Positions 62,401 to 64,000 of a stretch of DNA of 64,000 nucleotides are shown in pieces. Position 1 is the stretch's first letter, and every line of letters starts with the position of its first letter. The stretch lies in contig JBHGNT010000011.1 of NCBI GenBank assembly GCA_043228905.1, positions 6,820,001 through 6,884,000 of the forward strand, in the 5' to 3' direction. The position numbers and the translations under genes are program-made. The DNA is from Azolla caroliniana (taxonomy: Eukaryota > Plantae > Polypodiophyta). Below the pieces are notes generated by a model, which worked only from the letters and a program-made list of their open reading frames with translations, was not told the DNA's origin and made no database searches.

Positions 62401-64000
62401 ATGGAGCCAGTCTATTTGTAAGCCTTCGTACACTGCTATTAAGAACGCTACCCGGTACTTGGCTATGGCCGGGGGACGGGGATTCACGAATCCGTATTCC
62501 ATCATGGCGCGGGCCACTTCTCCGAACAGCAGGTTTTCTCCGCCCTATGTTCGGTACGCCTTGCTGCTGATAGAGTACTCACCGAAATATTCGAACAGGA
62601 TCTCACTTGAAGGGTTTTCGATTGTTTGAAGTCCTCCTGCTTTTATTCCCGTGAGCGCCTGCACCGCTCCTTCCGTGACATCTGACAAATCGATTGATGC
62701 TGCCGCCTGCTCTGGTTCTGCGTGTGGTGGAGCGTCGGCGATCCGCAACAATCCTTTTAAACCGTTCTCCCTCATCCATTGGCGTGCCTCTTCCGACAGT
62801 ACCATTGTTTCGAATTCTTCTTCTGCTGCCTGTTGTTCGGGATCGGGCTGTGTGTGCTCTGTGCGTCGGATCGCTCTTCTGTGCTTCTGCGCCTGTATGT
62901 AGGAAAATTCGTAAAAAGTGAGTCCTTCGCAGGCCTGTGTCTTATATAGTGGCTTTTGCCTCGAGTCGCCCTTTTTCGTTTCCCGCACATGTTCCTCTCT
63001 CGTCATAATTAGTATGTCCTTTCTTGTTTGCCGCGTGTGAGTGCCCACGTTCCATGCTTTAAATAGCAAGTACACACACGTCCTTCTGTCGGTTCGTGTG
63101 GATACCGGATCCTTCTGTCGGTTTTCTGGGATAGTCTTTGTCAGTATCGGTGTCGGTTCTTCCTCGGTCCGAATATCTTCAGCAGCGTTTGTCGGTGTCG
63201 GTTCCTCATCTTGCCGAATTTCCGGGTTTTGCTTGAATGGGTTCGCTGGCATATTTCCCTTATACGGCTTTAGCCGAAACCCATTTGCCCACTTACCGAT
63301 GACATCTCCAGACAACGTGCCGAGCTGATACGACCCATTGTACTCCTTGGTGATCCAGAACGGTCCGGTCCATCGAAACCGCAACTTTCCCGGCATGTTC
63401 CCCATCCGTGTCTGGAATAGTAGCACCGGATTCCCGACTTCGAACTCCTTTTCGTTGCCACGCCGGTGTCGGTCCACGAAAGCTTTTCTCCTCCTTTGCT
63501 CCAGTTCGAGTTGTAGTAAGCTGGCTATTCGGTTTTCTTCTAATTCCAACAACGTCGCCAGCCGGATTCGTTCGCACTCGTTCTCACTTAAGCGCTCCTT
63601 CACCTGAATCCGTAAGTTGGGGATCTGGAACTCTACCGGCATGACCGCTTCTAAACCGAATGCTAGTCGGAACGGGGTTGTCCGAATGCTGGTTTTGTAC
63701 GTTGTTCGGTACGCCCATAGCGCGCTTTGCAATTTCGTATCCCAGTCGGTCCGGTTCTCGTTGACGATTTTTCGTAGGATGTCCTGGAGAGTTTTGTTCG
63801 TTGATTCCGCTAGTCCATTGGCTTGACGGTAGTAGGGAGTACTCTTTTTATGTACCACCGCGTAAAATGACGCCAGGCTTTCTACTACCTGCCCGAGAAA
63901 ATGTCCTCCTTGGTCACTTATAAGCTCGATCGGGCATCCATACCGGCACCATATGCACTCGTACAGAAACTTTGTCGTGGACGCGGCCGTGTTGTCCCGT
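59480..64000 (-). mobile_element. Second, diverged member of the ORF3-bearing Gypsy family (3' LTR 59480-59850, ORF3, integrase; runs off right edge)
   Basis: Integrase QANGLAESTNKTL...RFRWTGPF; ORF3 fragments homologous to 44456-47125; same CCCACGGGCGTGCCATG before the LTR. Confidence 0.92.
59901..62805 (-). pseudogene. ORF3 homolog, fragmented
   Basis: MVLSEEARQWMRENGL, VTEGAVQALTGI, QIDWLHFITEGL, WLRWLSEQL, coiled coil. Confidence 0.75.

Overview
Eukaryotic, repeat-dense, heterochromatin-like window with no ordinary host gene. It is most likely from a non-seed land plant such as a bryophyte or lycophyte (inferred from the plant-type tRNA-Asp, a Tcn1-like chromovirus and spliceosomal introns). 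The backbone is a ~353-bp tandem repeat, about 60 copies by hand count, each built around a plant cytosolic tRNA-Asp(GTC) gene. It runs on + from 12.5 to 35.1 kb and on - from 36.6 to 59.5 kb. Nested within and beside it are Ty3/Gypsy and Ty1/Copia LTR retrotransposons (two full-length with TSDs), a Penelope-like element end with a hammerhead ribozyme, and a 5S-derived fragment. The most unusual feature lies at 24.5-30 kb: a decayed, intron-containing gene encoding a ParB-like domain fused to a prokaryotic-type beta-class DNA amino-methyltransferase (DIPY ... QKP ... LDLFFGTGTT). It sits directly behind six palindromes spaced exactly 51 bp apart, in what appears to be a mobile element. Everything was read by eye; no database searches were run.
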